From Candidatus Dadabacteria bacterium (GTDB taxonomy: Bacteria > Desulfobacterota_D > UBA1144 > Nemesobacterales > CSP1-2), in the NCBI GenBank assembly GCA_963805855.1, contig CAWDVW010000006.1:137693-201692 (forward strand): DNA of 64,000 nt, read 5' to 3'. The stretch's first letter is position 1. Each line of letters opens with the position of its first letter. The notes beneath the pieces were generated by a model. It was not told where the DNA came from. It did no database searches and saw nothing but the letters and a program-made list of their open reading frames with translations. Below are positions 1 to 10,930 of this stretch, piece after piece. A program made the translations under genes and the position numbers.

Positions 1-393
1 ACGGCCGCGCGTCCAACGTCCCTATCATCCCTCTTGCTGCACAATGACCCTTCGGCCGTATCCTTGACCTTCGTCCTCAATTCTGGAACAAAAGGGTGAT
101 CAGGATAACTAAATGCGGTTCCTGATTCTATCAGGTCGGGTGAATCTGATCGGATAGCTTTTCTTTATTTAAAAAAAGTTGTAAAATAGTAGACCAATAA
201 CAAAAAAAAACGGGGTTTATTCGTCGTTAAATGACCTTCCGTATCATAGATTAAGATCAGAGGGTTATTCGAATTAATTTCCCACAATCGGTAGTCAGCT
301 GGAAAGAGACACTTGAAGATATTGAATTTTTAAAACAATAATATTATTAATATTATCACGTATGTTTCTATCGAGATTAAAGGAGGAGTAGCC

Positions 394-1053
394 ATGGCAT
401 TAAGAATCAACGATGAAGCGCCTAATTTTACGGCTGACACAACTGAAGGGAGAATTGATTTTCACGAGTGGATTGGCGAAAGTTGGGCGATACTATTCTC
501 CCATCCAAAAGACTTTACGCCGGTTTGTACGACGGAATTGGGATACATGGCTGGCTTAGCGCCCGAATTTGCAAAGCGTAACTGCAAAATCATCGGTCTA
601 AGTGTTGATCCGGTGGAAAGCCACAACGAATGGGCAAAGGACATTGAAGAAACGCAGGGTCATGCTGTCAATTATCCCATGATTGGCGACACTGACCTGG
701 CTGTGTCAAAACTCTACAATATGTTACCCGCAGACGAGGGCGGAACGTCTGAGGGCCGCACAGCTGCTACTAATGCGACTGTGCGTTCTGTGTTCATTGT
801 TGGGCCAGATAAAAAAATCAAGCTTATGCTGACCTACCCGATGACTACGGGACGTAACTTTGATGAGATTTTGCGTGTGCTTGACTCCATGCAGTTAACC
901 GTTCAGCATAAAGTTGCTACGCCTGTCAACTGGAAAACTGGAGATGATGTCATTATTGTGCCGGTGGTATCTGACGATGAGGCAAAGAAAATGTTCCCGG
1001 AAGGTTGGAAAACATTTAAGCCATATTTGCGCGTAGTCAAGCAACCGCGTTAA
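394..1053 (+). CDS. 1-Cys peroxiredoxin (Prx6-type, AhpC/TSA family)
   Basis: Peroxidatic motif FTPVCTTE near N-terminus, thioredoxin-fold length 219 aa, RBS AGGAGG 7-8 nt upstream of ATG. Confidence 0.9.
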   Translation: MALRINDEAPNFTADTTEGRIDFHEWIGESWAILFSHPKDFTPVCTTELGYMAGLAPEFAKRNCKIIGLSVDPVESHNEWAKDIEETQGHAVNYPMIGDTDLAVSKLYNMLPADEGGTSEGRTAATNATVRSVFIVGPDKKIKLMLTYPMTTGRNFDEILRVLDSMQLTVQHKVATPVNWKTGDDVIIVPVVSDDEAKKMFPEGWKTFKPYLRVVKQPR

Positions 1054-1257
1054 GCTACTATACCTAAAAGTCATTTCAAGCGTGTACCTGCTCTGGTGAG
1101 CTTTACCTAGTGTTGATGACCTTTCCGAGTTTAGTGTGTCTTCGAGGTCTTATTGAGGAAGTCAACGGCACTGCTGAATTGTCTGACGCCGATGCTTTGT
1201 CCTCCAGGAGACAATAAGTATCTTTGCAACAGAGCATTTCTTGCTTAATGCAAATCG

Positions 1258-2445
1258 CTACCTATGGTTGCTATAGTAAATTTCGTTATGACCTGAGGTT
1301 CCATCAATCCACAATACATGTAAGTTATCCTTACTGTCTACGACTATCTTAGGACCAACGGATTTCCCCTTGCTGTTTGAGATGTTAACGGGTTGCAACC
1401 AATCTTTGCCATTCCATCGGGTGTAAAAAATCTCCTTATTGTCTCGAGCCCCTTCTTCCCAGACGACATGCAGGTTATCATGGGTATCAACAGCGATATC
1501 GGGTTGGATAGATGCCTCGGCGCTATGAGAAATATTGACATTTGAAGACCACCCAGCTCCGTTTCCCGAGCTATAAAGAATATCTTGACCTCTTGCGGCC
1601 TCATCACTCCAGACTACGTGTGCCTTATCCTGAGTGTCCACTACGACCGCAGGGCTCAGAGAGTGCCCTGGGTTTTTCGATATATTAATAGGAGGGGACC
1701 ATTTTTCCCCATCCCGTTTTGTATAAAATATTTCAGGAATGCCTGTGCTAAAATCGTGCCAGACCACATGCAGGTTATCATGGCTATCAATTGAAATACT
1801 AGGGAGATAAGACCCCATGCCTTCTGCGTCATCAGAGATTTTTGTGATATTTGACCAATCCTTTCCATTCCACTCCCCGTAGTAAGTTTCGCTCCTGTGA
1901 TCTGAGACGCCATTCCAAATTACATGTGGTCTGCTGTTAGGACCAATTGCAATCCTGGGATAATAAGCAGCTTCGGAACTATCGGAGATAGTTATCGGAG
2001 TTGACCAGTTCTTTCCATTTCCTTTGCTATAGTAAATAGCCTTCGTGCCTGAGGTCTTATCACTCCATACTATATGAATTTCTCCGCTCCGATCAATGGC
2101 AATAGCAGGGGTGGCTGATATCCCTGTATTACGGGAAATATTTACGGGCTCAGACCAGTTCACACCTTTACTATAGAAGATGTCATAGTTGCCAGAGGAA
2201 TTATCGTACCAAACCACATGTAAATTATCCTTGCTATCAATGGCGATGCTGGGACTGAATGATATCTCTTTATTTTTAAAGATACTTATAGGTTCCGACC
2301 AACTCTTTTCCGTTGTTCCTGTGAGTGTCTTTTCGGCTCCTTCATCAGCAATAATTGGTCGTATAGCTAACCCAGCAAGAATAACAAGTGCAAATAGTCT
2401 TTCATTCCACATGAATTCATCGTCCAAAGCCTGCTTTTGAAACAA
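1258..2445 (-). CDS. Secreted beta-propeller repeat protein with BNR/Asp-box-like repeats (sialidase-like fold)
   Basis: About 8 tandem ~45-aa repeats of the form DNLHVVW-D---G--EI-YS---G--WS-P-NIS; N-terminal hydrophobic signal (alternative start at MWNERLF). Confidence 0.6.
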   Translation of the reverse strand: MFQKQALDDEFMWNERLFALVILAGLAIRPIIADEGAEKTLTGTTEKSWSEPISIFKNKEISFSPSIAIDSKDNLHVVWYDNSSGNYDIFYSKGVNWSEPVNISRNTGISATPAIAIDRSGEIHIVWSDKTSGTKAIYYSKGNGKNWSTPITISDSSEAAYYPRIAIGPNSRPHVIWNGVSDHRSETYYGEWNGKDWSNITKISDDAEGMGSYLPSISIDSHDNLHVVWHDFSTGIPEIFYTKRDGEKWSPPINISKNPGHSLSPAVVVDTQDKAHVVWSDEAARGQDILYSSGNGAGWSSNVNISHSAEASIQPDIAVDTHDNLHVVWEEGARDNKEIFYTRWNGKDWLQPVNISNSKGKSVGPKIVVDSKDNLHVLWIDGTSGHNEIYYSNHR

Positions 2446-2622
2446 CCGGTAGTTTTCGGCTTAAGCAGCGGAGATCAAGAAGTACAGACTCTACAATTAT
2501 TCGTTTTGACGGTCCTAGTGTGCCCAACTCTGCGTGAAGCCAATCACAACAGGTTTAGAAGCAGTTCTCATGAAATATTAACGCCTGAATACTGCGATCG
2601 AAAACCCCACGTACGAGAATCT

Positions 2623-3423
2623 TCAGTTGTCTGGTGCCCCGTCGTCAATCCACTCCTCAATTATAAGAACCTCATCATTCGGTCCGTCCCGCGGGACGCT
2701 CGTAGAGATATTCCAGGGCATGCGATTGTTTCTCAGCCGCGACCTGAGTGAACTGTTTCCCGCATCGAAGGGAATGACAATTGGTTCTTCACCAGCATCA
2801 GCCCCAAGCAGGATTCCGTCATAACTTCCCATATCCAGGTCATGCGCGCCCCCTATCCCGGTGTGACAACCGGCAGCATCACAGGATAGAGACCCCGGAA
2901 ACCAGACATCGGGCTCGGTAAAAAGCGGAAGAACATCGTCGTCGAAGTTCCTGGTAACGTCATCTCTATCATCGAAATCCCCATCTGGTGCCCCTGCATC
3001 AATCCAGTCCTCGACGATAAGGACCTCGCCATTCGGGCCATTCCTCGGAACACTGGTAGAGATATTCCAGGGCATGCGATTGTTTCTCAGCCGCGACCTG
3101 AGTGAACTGTTTCCCGCATCGAAGGGAATGACAATTGGTTCTTCACCAGCATCAGCCCCAAGCAGGATTCCGTCATAACTTCCCATATTCAGGTCATGCG
3201 CGCCCCCTATCCCGGTGTGACAACCGGCAGCATCACAGGATAGAGACCCCGGAAACCAAACGTCATTCTGGGTGAAAAGCGGAAGGACGTCCCTGGAGAA
3301 GCTAACCCCCCCCGGGCCTTTGTGCCCATCATCATTACAACTTGCTATAAATAGAGTCATGGTGAAGAATAGAGCAGCTGAGATCAGGAAAAGCCGCCCT
3401 CTATGGTTTTTGGCTTTAGCCAT
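2623..3423 (-). CDS. Lipoprotein with two tandem 118-aa repeats each carrying a CX4CH motif (possible c3-type heme site)
   Basis: Signal peptide plus lipobox LFIASC; protein halves nearly identical; CDAAGCH present twice. Confidence 0.6.
   Translation of the reverse strand: MAKAKNHRGRLFLISAALFFTMTLFIASCNDDGHKGPGGVSFSRDVLPLFTQNDVWFPGSLSCDAAGCHTGIGGAHDLNMGSYDGILLGADAGEEPIVIPFDAGNSSLRSRLRNNRMPWNISTSVPRNGPNGEVLIVEDWIDAGAPDGDFDDRDDVTRNFDDDVLPLFTEPDVWFPGSLSCDAAGCHTGIGGAHDLDMGSYDGILLGADAGEEPIVIPFDAGNSSLRSRLRNNRMPWNISTSVPRDGPNDEVLIIEEWIDDGAPDN
2702..2906. repeat. Direct repeat unit 1 of intragenic tandem duplication (period 354 bp)
   Basis: 205 bp is identical to 3056-3260 except one mismatch; flanking parts of the 354-bp unit are more diverged. 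Confidence 0.9.
3056..3260. repeat. Direct repeat unit 2 of intragenic tandem duplication
   Basis: See 2702-2906. Confidence 0.9.
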
Positions 3424-3587
3424 ACCAATCCCTCCTTTGCTTTAGATTTTTAAATCTATCACCTATAAGTCCCATGATAGCTTGAATGTAAAATAACTTC
3501 AATAATGCAAATGCATTATTTTTCTACATCATTTGCAGTGTTTTTAAGTGCTAACGGTACTTGGTAGGAACGAAGGCGGGAATAATC

Positions 3588-4253
3588 TCAGATCATCTTA
3601 TTTCTGATAGCATAAGTGACTGCTTCCAGCTTGCTATGGAGACTCAATTTGGTGAGGATATTTTGTATATGCTTTCGGGCGGTGGACCAGCTTATATAAA
3701 GCTCTTCTGCTATATCTTTGGTGCTGAGCCCCTCGGCCAGAAGCCTTAACACATCATACTCACGACGAGTTAGATTGCTATCGGGCTTACGACTCAATGT
3801 ACTTAAGTTGTTAATGTGTACATCCTCTTCGGCTTGATCTTCAGGTTTCATACTGGAAATGATCTTTTTTATTAATATTTGTTCTCTCTTTCTCTGAGTT
3901 ATGTCTCTAAATATGTGTACGGCAACGTCGAGGTCTTCATGTCTCGAGGGGATTGCAATAATGCTTACATTAATCCAAACGGGGACTCCTCCCTTGGTAT
4001 GGGCGAGAGTATCAAAGTTGCTTACTTTCTTTCCTTTTTCGATTGAATCCATCACACAGCAGCTCTTCGAACACAACACTCCACCGCTCTCAGTTCTTCC
4101 AAAAATCACATTATGACAGTACTTCCCCAATACTTCTTTTGGATTAAATCCAAGGATATCTTGTGCTGATTTGTTCCAGAAGATTATTCTGTGATCGCTA
4201 CCGATAGCGAATACGCCATCGGCGGTCTTAGAAAGGAGGTTAAATACGTCCAC
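3588..4253 (-). CDS. PAS-domain LuxR-family transcriptional regulator
   Basis: N-terminal PAS-like segment; C-terminal LuxR HTH REYDVLRLLAEGLSTKDIAEELYISWSTARKHIQNILTKL. Confidence 0.8.
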   Translation of the reverse strand: MDVFNLLSKTADGVFAIGSDHRIIFWNKSAQDILGFNPKEVLGKYCHNVIFGRTESGGVLCSKSCCVMDSIEKGKKVSNFDTLAHTKGGVPVWINVSIIAIPSRHEDLDVAVHIFRDITQRKREQILIKKIISSMKPEDQAEEDVHINNLSTLSRKPDSNLTRREYDVLRLLAEGLSTKDIAEELYISWSTARKHIQNILTKLSLHSKLEAVTYAIRNKMI

Positions 4254-4534
4254 CTACTTTATGCCCCTGTTATTCTAAAGATTTTACTTTTTTGAGCTCT
4301 GGCTTCGAAAAGAGCTAACCTATGCGCTCATTATCTCACAGATTGGAGATGATTGTCAATAAGACGATTTGGATGGCATAAGAATTCTTCGAAATTGCCG
4401 TTCTTATCTTCTAGCTCCTCAAGACTGAGATCAAAGGATGCGCTCGGAGATTTGTTTAAAGCCGATTTCTATGTCCGAAGCTTTTTTTCTCCTTCAACAG
4501 AGTTTTTGACTTTTTACGTGATGTCACTTGCCTT

Positions 4535-5956
4535 ATGTCTTATTTTTCTATATTAATATTAAGAACTAATAGCATGGTTATTCTTGGTTATGGTTTCATG
4601 AGATTCATAGTCCTTTTATTTTCCTTTTGCCTGCTTACCTTATTAGTCTCTTCAAAATCGACTGCGGAGCCACAAACACTAATCTTTGATATTTCCTATG
4701 AGCATCATAAAGAAATCAATAATATCATAGATAAGAAACACGGGGAATTGGAGGATTCTCTAGGGGTGCCCGTGGGTGAATTGACTGTTAATGTTGATCG
4801 AAGAGGAGTGTATAGAAAATACGACAATGGCTATATATATTGGAGCCCTGAGACAGGTGCTCATGTGATTTTTGATGGGCCAATCCTGGCAAAATGGCAA
4901 AAGCAGGGTTCAGAGACGGGCGATCTCGGTTATCCAATCACGGACGAAATGAATACTCTGGAAGGACGGGGGAGACTCTGTAGCTTTCAGGGTGGTCTCA
5001 TCTTCTGGAATCCAAAGCTCGGCGCAATAAAGATTATGGCCTTAACAAGCCGGCCCCTTTTGTTTCTACGTAAGAATTTTCGGGGGTCCTGGTTGGACTT
5101 AAGGAAATCGATAGGACGCTTAAATGGCGATAAATATGAAAGGAATTGGACTGGAATTGCGTTAAATGAATCGCTTAAGGAGGTTGGTTTTGACGACAGC
5201 GCATCTTCGCTGTTCGTACCGGGGGGTTGGAGCGTGATCTTCTATGAAAATGAGGGCTACTGTGGTAAGAACTTCAAAATCGCCGGACCGGCCGCGATAT
5301 CTGATCTCAACAGTTACAATGGTGGCGAATTCAATAACGAGATAACATCCGCTAAGGTAATTAGCGAAATCGCTGACAATAGCAGCAAATATGGAGAGCT
5401 CGTCCTCGACTGGGCTGGTGTCATAGATAATAAAGAGGGAAAAGATGGAATCCATGGTCCTTACGGGAACTTTCACATATTGATATACGACGCGAGCGAG
5501 CCTTGTTATGGTGAAAGGTCATCCTATCCGGTTCCACTCCGTCATATAGTTCTTCCCGGTCCCAACAATACCGGAAATATGTGTGAGTGGGAGGATGGTG
5601 ACCAGAAGGACTACGACAGGCTTGGCCTCTTTCAGTGGCGCGATGAAGGAGATTCTGTGAAAGTGTTCATATACGAGAGTGACCCAAGCAGGGAATTGCC
5701 AAAACTAATCTCAAGGAAGCATGACCCTGTTTTTTGTCAGGTTATAGATCGAAATGAAGGCGATCCCGAATTTTTTCCGAGCAATATTCCCGCAATGAGA
5801 CACACTATTGTCTCGGGCAAGAATCGATCTAAATTCTGGATTGACAAAGTGAGATCGATTTGGGATAAAGGCTTAGAATCAGATATGCCTTCCATGTTCG
5901 TGGAGCTGGAGACTGTATACGATGGTGCGCACACCTATAATGACAGGGAATTATAG
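4535..5956 (+). CDS. Secreted LGFP-repeat protein with beta/gamma-crystallin-like segment
   Basis: Signal peptide; two LGFP-type repeats (GYIYWSPETGAHVI...LGYPITDE...GGLIFWNPKLGA); GGWSVIFYENEGYCGKNF...NNEITSAKV resembles a Greek-key crystallin motif. Confidence 0.6.
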   Translation: MSYFSILILRTNSMVILGYGFMRFIVLLFSFCLLTLLVSSKSTAEPQTLIFDISYEHHKEINNIIDKKHGELEDSLGVPVGELTVNVDRRGVYRKYDNGYIYWSPETGAHVIFDGPILAKWQKQGSETGDLGYPITDEMNTLEGRGRLCSFQGGLIFWNPKLGAIKIMALTSRPLLFLRKNFRGSWLDLRKSIGRLNGDKYERNWTGIALNESLKEVGFDDSASSLFVPGGWSVIFYENEGYCGKNFKIAGPAAISDLNSYNGGEFNNEITSAKVISEIADNSSKYGELVLDWAGVIDNKEGKDGIHGPYGNFHILIYDASEPCYGERSSYPVPLRHIVLPGPNNTGNMCEWEDGDQKDYDRLGLFQWRDEGDSVKVFIYESDPSRELPKLISRKHDPVFCQVIDRNEGDPEFFPSNIPAMRHTIVSGKNRSKFWIDKVRSIWDKGLESDMPSMFVELETVYDGAHTYNDREL

Positions 5957-6188
5957 TCAGCAATCTTATATCTAGAATAAATACACCCTGGAGCACGGGG
6001 AGCATGCCCCAGGGCTAAAAGTGTGGAGTGGATAGAGGAACTTAATTTTCTGTGTCGTGATTTTGTCTCAAGCTGTGTCCTTTGCTTTTGGTTCTTCAAA
6101 CTCTTAACCAGAAAACATAAGCTCAAGGAATAAAATCGATCTCAAACAAAACCATACCAAAAGGTACAACAGAAGTTTCCCTTAACGA

Positions 6189-6440
6189 TTAATATCCTTG
6201 GTCAGCTGGTTCTTGATCCCCAGCAGCTTCGTCAGGCATATCGCCACCTGGTAACTCAGCGTCAGGTGCGTCCGGGTTTGCATTGGGTTCGTCAGGTCCT
6301 GGCTCTGCCTGCTCTCCCTGTTGCTCGGTTTCCTCTTGTTGAGCCAGCGCTTGATGACTCGATATCAACGAAAAGTGAGTCAGGCTTCCGCCTAAAGAAA
6401 CCGCTAGAAAAAGAATAAATGAAAGTGTGATTGTTTTCAT
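6189..6440 (-). CDS. Small acidic Pro/Asp/Glu-rich secreted protein
   Basis: Signal peptide, low-complexity acidic tail, GGAGG RBS upstream. Confidence 0.5.
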   Translation of the reverse strand: MKTITLSFILFLAVSLGGSLTHFSLISSHQALAQQEETEQQGEQAEPGPDEPNANPDAPDAELPGGDMPDEAAGDQEPADQGY

Positions 6441-6779
6441 ATCTTGGTATTACCTCCTTGAATTTTTTGGGTTGAATCCCACACTTTGTCTATATACATA
6501 TGCAACTTTTATTCCACATGTTGTTTTGTTAAATATTATTAAACTATATCAGGGAGTTGGATTATAATACGAGCTTATCGAATACGAACTAGTGTAGTTT
6601 TACACTGTGTAAGCTGTGTAAAATTACACAGACGCAATTGACAAGACAGCTGATGCAATTTTACCACCCTATTTTGTGTATCTTTCTCCTGTATCAATCC
6701 TATAAATAAACCGGGGTGGATTCTTAAGAAAGTTTTGTTAGCGAGTCAATTTAGGCTTTATATGAATAGAGAAATATAT

Positions 6780-7646
6780 TCAAGTGGAACTGTTTGTTGC
6801 TTGTTTTCGTTTAATTACATTTAAGATGAGACTCAGAAGCATCAAACCTTTATTCCCATCATCGTCATTTTTGAGGGAATCAATGTAATTAATACTTTCC
6901 GTTAGAGATTCATCATTAGGCGCAATTCTAAGAGCAGTTCTCAATACCTCCAGTGCCTCATCGTACCACCCTTTTTCCGCCAATGACATTGCCAAGGAGT
7001 TATATGCGGGGATAAAATCCGGATATGTCCCCAGAATTTCATCAAATTTGCTTATAGATTCATCTATCCATCCCAAATCTTGATAACAGTTTCCTATTGA
7101 CAAATGAGCCCAATAATCATTTGGAAACATTTCAACATGCTTGCGCATCTCATTCAGCGATTCAATTGTCCATCCCATATCGAAGTAGCATAAACCAAGC
7201 TGATAATGTATTTCATTTTTGATATAATCTGAATTCGCATTTGATTTCGCACACGCAGCTAGATCGTGGATGGAATCCTCATAACATCCCAATACCCTGA
7301 AAGTTAATGCCCTGTTCCATCTAGCCAGCGTACAGTCAGCATCAAGGTTCAACGCATAGTGGAATACTTCGAGAGCATCGTGATACCGGCCTATCCTTGA
7401 TAGGGTAATTCCGAGCTGGCTCCAAAGATATGGATCATTAGGAGTTATGTCCAGTGCTTTCTTAAAGCATTGGATGGATTGTTTAAATGCCCCCATAGAG
7501 TCATATGTAAGGGCAAAGGAAAGATACACGTCTGGATCAAGTGGTGCTATCTCCAAAGCCTTCGTCAACTCGGATATGGCCTCTTCGTACCTTCCTGCTT
7601 CTTTAAAATTGTCTGCCTTGGTTAATAGCCTTTCGAGTCTTCCCAT
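6780..7646 (-). CDS. TPR-repeat protein
   Basis: Multiple 34-aa TPR-like units (AxxYxxALxxxP pattern). Confidence 0.8.
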   Translation of the reverse strand: MGRLERLLTKADNFKEAGRYEEAISELTKALEIAPLDPDVYLSFALTYDSMGAFKQSIQCFKKALDITPNDPYLWSQLGITLSRIGRYHDALEVFHYALNLDADCTLARWNRALTFRVLGCYEDSIHDLAACAKSNANSDYIKNEIHYQLGLCYFDMGWTIESLNEMRKHVEMFPNDYWAHLSIGNCYQDLGWIDESISKFDEILGTYPDFIPAYNSLAMSLAEKGWYDEALEVLRTALRIAPNDESLTESINYIDSLKNDDDGNKGLMLLSLILNVIKRKQATNSST

Positions 7647-7935
7647 GATTCAAGTCAGCAGTTAAGAATTCGTTAAAGAATATTTATAATAAATGAACTT
7701 GTCAATATTGATTAACATTATTGTAGAAATCGGACGATTTGGATATGTAAACGCACAATATGTTACATGTATTCAATCGTAAATCAGATTTAGCTGAATT
7801 TATTTTACTTCACAAAGTATCCCGGTCCTTAGTAGATTTAATTCTCATTTAACCGTAACTCTTGACAAATAAAAGGAAATTAAATAGAGTGAAATTCAAC
7901 TTATATTCACATAAAATTATGTTAGGGGTTACAAC

Positions 7936-8214
7936 ATGAAGAAATCTGAAATAGAAAAAGAGCTTGCGTCAAAATTTAATCTTCAATCACAACAATCTGA
8001 AAGGATTATTGATACGATCATAGAGCATATGACGAATGTCCTCAAGAATGGGGGGAGAATCGAAATAAGGGGCTTCGGTAGTTTCTTCACGAAAGGGTAT
8101 AAGACCTATACCGGTCGAAATCCCAGGACCGGACATTCTGTAACAGTTCCACCAAAAAAGCTTCCTCATTTCAGGCCAAGTAAAGAGCTTCTAAAAAAGA
8201 TTAACAACGGATAG
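7936..8214 (+). CDS. IHF/HU-family DNA-binding protein (IHF subunit-like)
   Basis: RIEIRGFGSF and GRNPRTG signature motifs; 92 aa; candidate promoter TTGACA(7862-7867)-17 nt-TAGAGT upstream. Confidence 0.85.
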   Translation: MKKSEIEKELASKFNLQSQQSERIIDTIIEHMTNVLKNGGRIEIRGFGSFFTKGYKTYTGRNPRTGHSVTVPPKKLPHFRPSKELLKKINNG

Positions 8215-8349
8215 GGCAGTTAACATTTTGGGATTTATTTTTGAGTTGCCTTACCTTAATCCATTCCCAAGATAGGTTGTTGAAACAAAAAATATTGATT
8301 AGGTCTATGATTGACTTCTATTATCTATTTGATAGGATTTTAATTAATT

Positions 8350-8877
8350 ATGGCCTTACTCCCTATATTGACATATCCTGATCCAAGATTAAGGAGTAAA
8401 TCCTCTTCTGTAGAGACTGTAAATGCAGAAATTAAAAGACTTCTTGATGATATGGCTGAAACTATGTATGATGCCCCAGGTGTGGGACTCGCTGCCTCTC
8501 AGGTTGGTGTCAATGTGCGTGCAATAGTGGTTGATATAGCAGCCCAAGAGGAGGATTCTCCGGGGCTCATCAAGCTTATAAACCCGGAGATTGTATTTTC
8601 GGAAGGACAGCAGATCGGTGAGGAGGGTTGTTTGAGCATACCGGGATTTGTAAGTCTGGTTAAGAGGAAGGAAAGGGTAACAGTAAAAGGACTCAATGAA
8701 GAAGGGAAGCACGCTGAAATTGATGCTTCCGGATTATTGGCAAGGGTTTTGCAACATGAAATAGATCACATAGACGGTATTCTTTTTATCGATAGACTCA
8801 GCAGGTTAAAGAGAGAATTGTTTAAGAAAAGGATCGACAAGGCATTTGGCAGAAGCGAGACCTACGCGGCTTTTTGA
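8350..8877 (+). CDS. def: Peptide deformylase
   Basis: Motifs [27 protein letters not shown]. Confidence 0.9.
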   Translation: MALLPILTYPDPRLRSKSSSVETVNAEIKRLLDDMAETMYDAPGVGLAASQVGVNVRAIVVDIAAQEEDSPGLIKLINPEIVFSEGQQIGEEGCLSIPGFVSLVKRKERVTVKGLNEEGKHAEIDASGLLARVLQHEIDHIDGILFIDRLSRLKRELFKKRIDKAFGRSETYAAF

Positions 8878-9056
8878 ACCTTTCCAGATCTTATACAGCT
8901 TGCACATACCCTTATCCTTTTCACCTCACCACTAGAAAGTCGTGCCCTCACTCTTCTTAAATTCACATTCCACCGTCTTTTGGTTTTATTATTAGCATGG
9001 CTAACGTTATGGCCATAAAGCGGCTTCTTTCCACAACAATCACAGATCTGTGACAT
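8862..9056 (-). CDS. rpmB: 50S ribosomal protein L28
   Basis: 64 aa, C-x-x-G-K...[17 protein letters not shown] pattern typical of L28; convergent overlap with def. Confidence 0.85.
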   Translation of the reverse strand: MSQICDCCGKKPLYGHNVSHANNKTKRRWNVNLRRVRARLSSGEVKRIRVCASCIRSGKVQKAA

Positions 9057-9189
9057 CGGTATTTCTTCCTTATTGAAAAAGTGAGTGTAATATACCTATT
9101 TATTTGACAAATTCAAGCCGATTGGATCGTTTTACTATTTCACATCTGCTTCCTAGACAATAAGTGCCTTTTGTCTTAGAATTAGCAAT

Positions 9190-10341
9190 ATGGCTTCAAA
9201 TTTATCGGATGAGATAGCACCTTTTCTCGTCATGGATGTATTGGAGAGAGCCAAGGAGCTAGAACTCGAGGGCAAGAGAGTAATCCATTTTGAAGTAGGT
9301 GAGCCCGATATTCCAACTCCAAAGGTTATTTGCGACGAAGCCATTCATGCCATTCAAAATGGGGACACAAAATACACACCAAGCCTGGGGATTCCTGAAT
9401 TAAGGGCAGCAATCGTAGAAGGTTACAAAGAAAATTATGGGGTAGAGATTGCACCCGCCCGTGCTGTCATAACGATGGGAAGTTCACCTGCGCTGTTCCT
9501 AACTTTGCTTTCGCTTGTTGATCCCGGAGACGATGTGATAATAACCGATCCTCACTATGCATGTTATCCGAAGATCATAAGAATTGCAGGGGCGGTCCCG
9601 AAATTATTTCGGATCTATGAGGAAGAGGATTTCCAAATCGATATTCCTGCTCTTAAAAAGATAATTACAGATAAAACTAAGGCTATCCTAATTAATTCAC
9701 CTTCAAATCCCACTGGTATAGTTTTAGACGAAGAAATAATTAAGGAAATTTCTGAGCTCGGCCCCTTTGTCATATCAGACGAAATATACCACGGTCTGGT
9801 TTATGGTTCTGAGGCTCATTCAATCTACGAATTTACTGATAAGGCGTTCGTCGTTAATGGAATGTCTAAGCTTTATTCAATGACTGGATGGCGACTTGGT
9901 TATTTGCTGGCCCCCGAAGAATTTATTCGTCCCATACAAAAACTACAACAAAACCTCTTTATTTCTCCAAACCCATTTGTGCAAAGGGCGGGGATTGCGG
10001 CGTTAAAGCTTGCGAAAGAACATGTTCGGGAGATGGTGCGACTGTTTTCTGAGAGGAGAGAACTGATGATCAAAGGACTCAGGGGGTTAGGGTTTGAAAT
10101 TAAAGCAGAGCCTAGTGGGGCCTTTTATGTATTCGTGAATGCGAAGAAGCTAAATTATGATTCACATGATTTAGCGTTTGATATTCTGGAGAAAGCACAT
10201 GTAGCAGTGACACCGGGCATAGATTTTGGATTTGGAGGAGAAGGATATTTGAGATTTTCATATGCAACTTCTATGGACTGTATTGAAGAGGGGATCAGGA
10301 GGTTGGATAAGTATATAGGTAATAGAATGGCTATTGGTTGA
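9190..10341 (+). CDS. Class I/II (aspartate/aromatic-type) pyridoxal-phosphate aminotransferase
   Basis: NSPSNPTG motif, SKLYSMTGWRLGY (PLP-Lys region), 383 aa. Confidence 0.85.
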   Translation: MASNLSDEIAPFLVMDVLERAKELELEGKRVIHFEVGEPDIPTPKVICDEAIHAIQNGDTKYTPSLGIPELRAAIVEGYKENYGVEIAPARAVITMGSSPALFLTLLSLVDPGDDVIITDPHYACYPKIIRIAGAVPKLFRIYEEEDFQIDIPALKKIITDKTKAILINSPSNPTGIVLDEEIIKEISELGPFVISDEIYHGLVYGSEAHSIYEFTDKAFVVNGMSKLYSMTGWRLGYLLAPEEFIRPIQKLQQNLFISPNPFVQRAGIAALKLAKEHVREMVRLFSERRELMIKGLRGLGFEIKAEPSGAFYVFVNAKKLNYDSHDLAFDILEKAHVAVTPGIDFGFGGEGYLRFSYATSMDCIEEGIRRLDKYIGNRMAIG

Positions 10342-10394
10342 ACTCCATGCTCTCATCCTCCTGATTATCTGATATTTAACTAGGGAATTCCCTG

Positions 10395-10930
10395 TAGCTT
10401 GCTATAGGCTTTCGCATCGCCTGTCATTGCAAACACATTCGCATTCCTCAGTGCAGGCTCCGTCAAGCAATCTCATTTTCGGATTGCTTCGTCGCTTCGC
10501 TCCCCGCAAATGTAGATGTTAGATTTTTCATGGACAAAATCCAAAAAATAATAAATTTCCTCGAAATTTACTCATCCGTCATCCTCGAATCTTCCCCGCC
10601 AGAAATATGCGGGGACAAGCTTTATCGGGGATCCATTGTTTAATCTTTTATTTTCTTTGTCTTGATACAAAGAAACAAAAATCAAGGGCTGACAAAAAAC
10701 GCTTGCGTATCGAGCGAATGCGAGATATCTATTGCTATAATTAATTAGTTCTCTCAGTCACTTTGCTCCTTCGAGATGACAGTAATGATTGTCACTTTTC
10801 TTAACGCTTCCGGATTTGATTTTGGCAATTTTTTGAATGCCCATTTAAGATCTAAGATACTGTCCCCGAAATATCTAACATCTACAGCAATGACATTTGA
10901 TACGTTCAGTTTATATTATGATACCCTGCA
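10395..10930 (+). repeat. Noncoding repeat family 1, copy A (about 530 bp) with MITE-like core 10576-10783 and TGnTATAAT box at 10733-10741
   Basis: Near-identical to 16670-16930 and to the reverse complement of 26800-27310; imperfect 13-bp terminal inverted repeats CCGTCATCCTCGAA / TTCGAGATGACAG. Confidence 0.85.

Noticed and set aside
462-644. Short antisense and overlapping ORFs (e.g. 462-644, 1344-1913, 2189-2751, 5162-5476, 12164-12833, 17409-17723, 24870-25878, 54514-55914, 58296-58802, 59971-60690)
   Set aside because: Each lies wholly inside a longer ORF with clear homology on the other strand or frame. They have no RBS or motif support.
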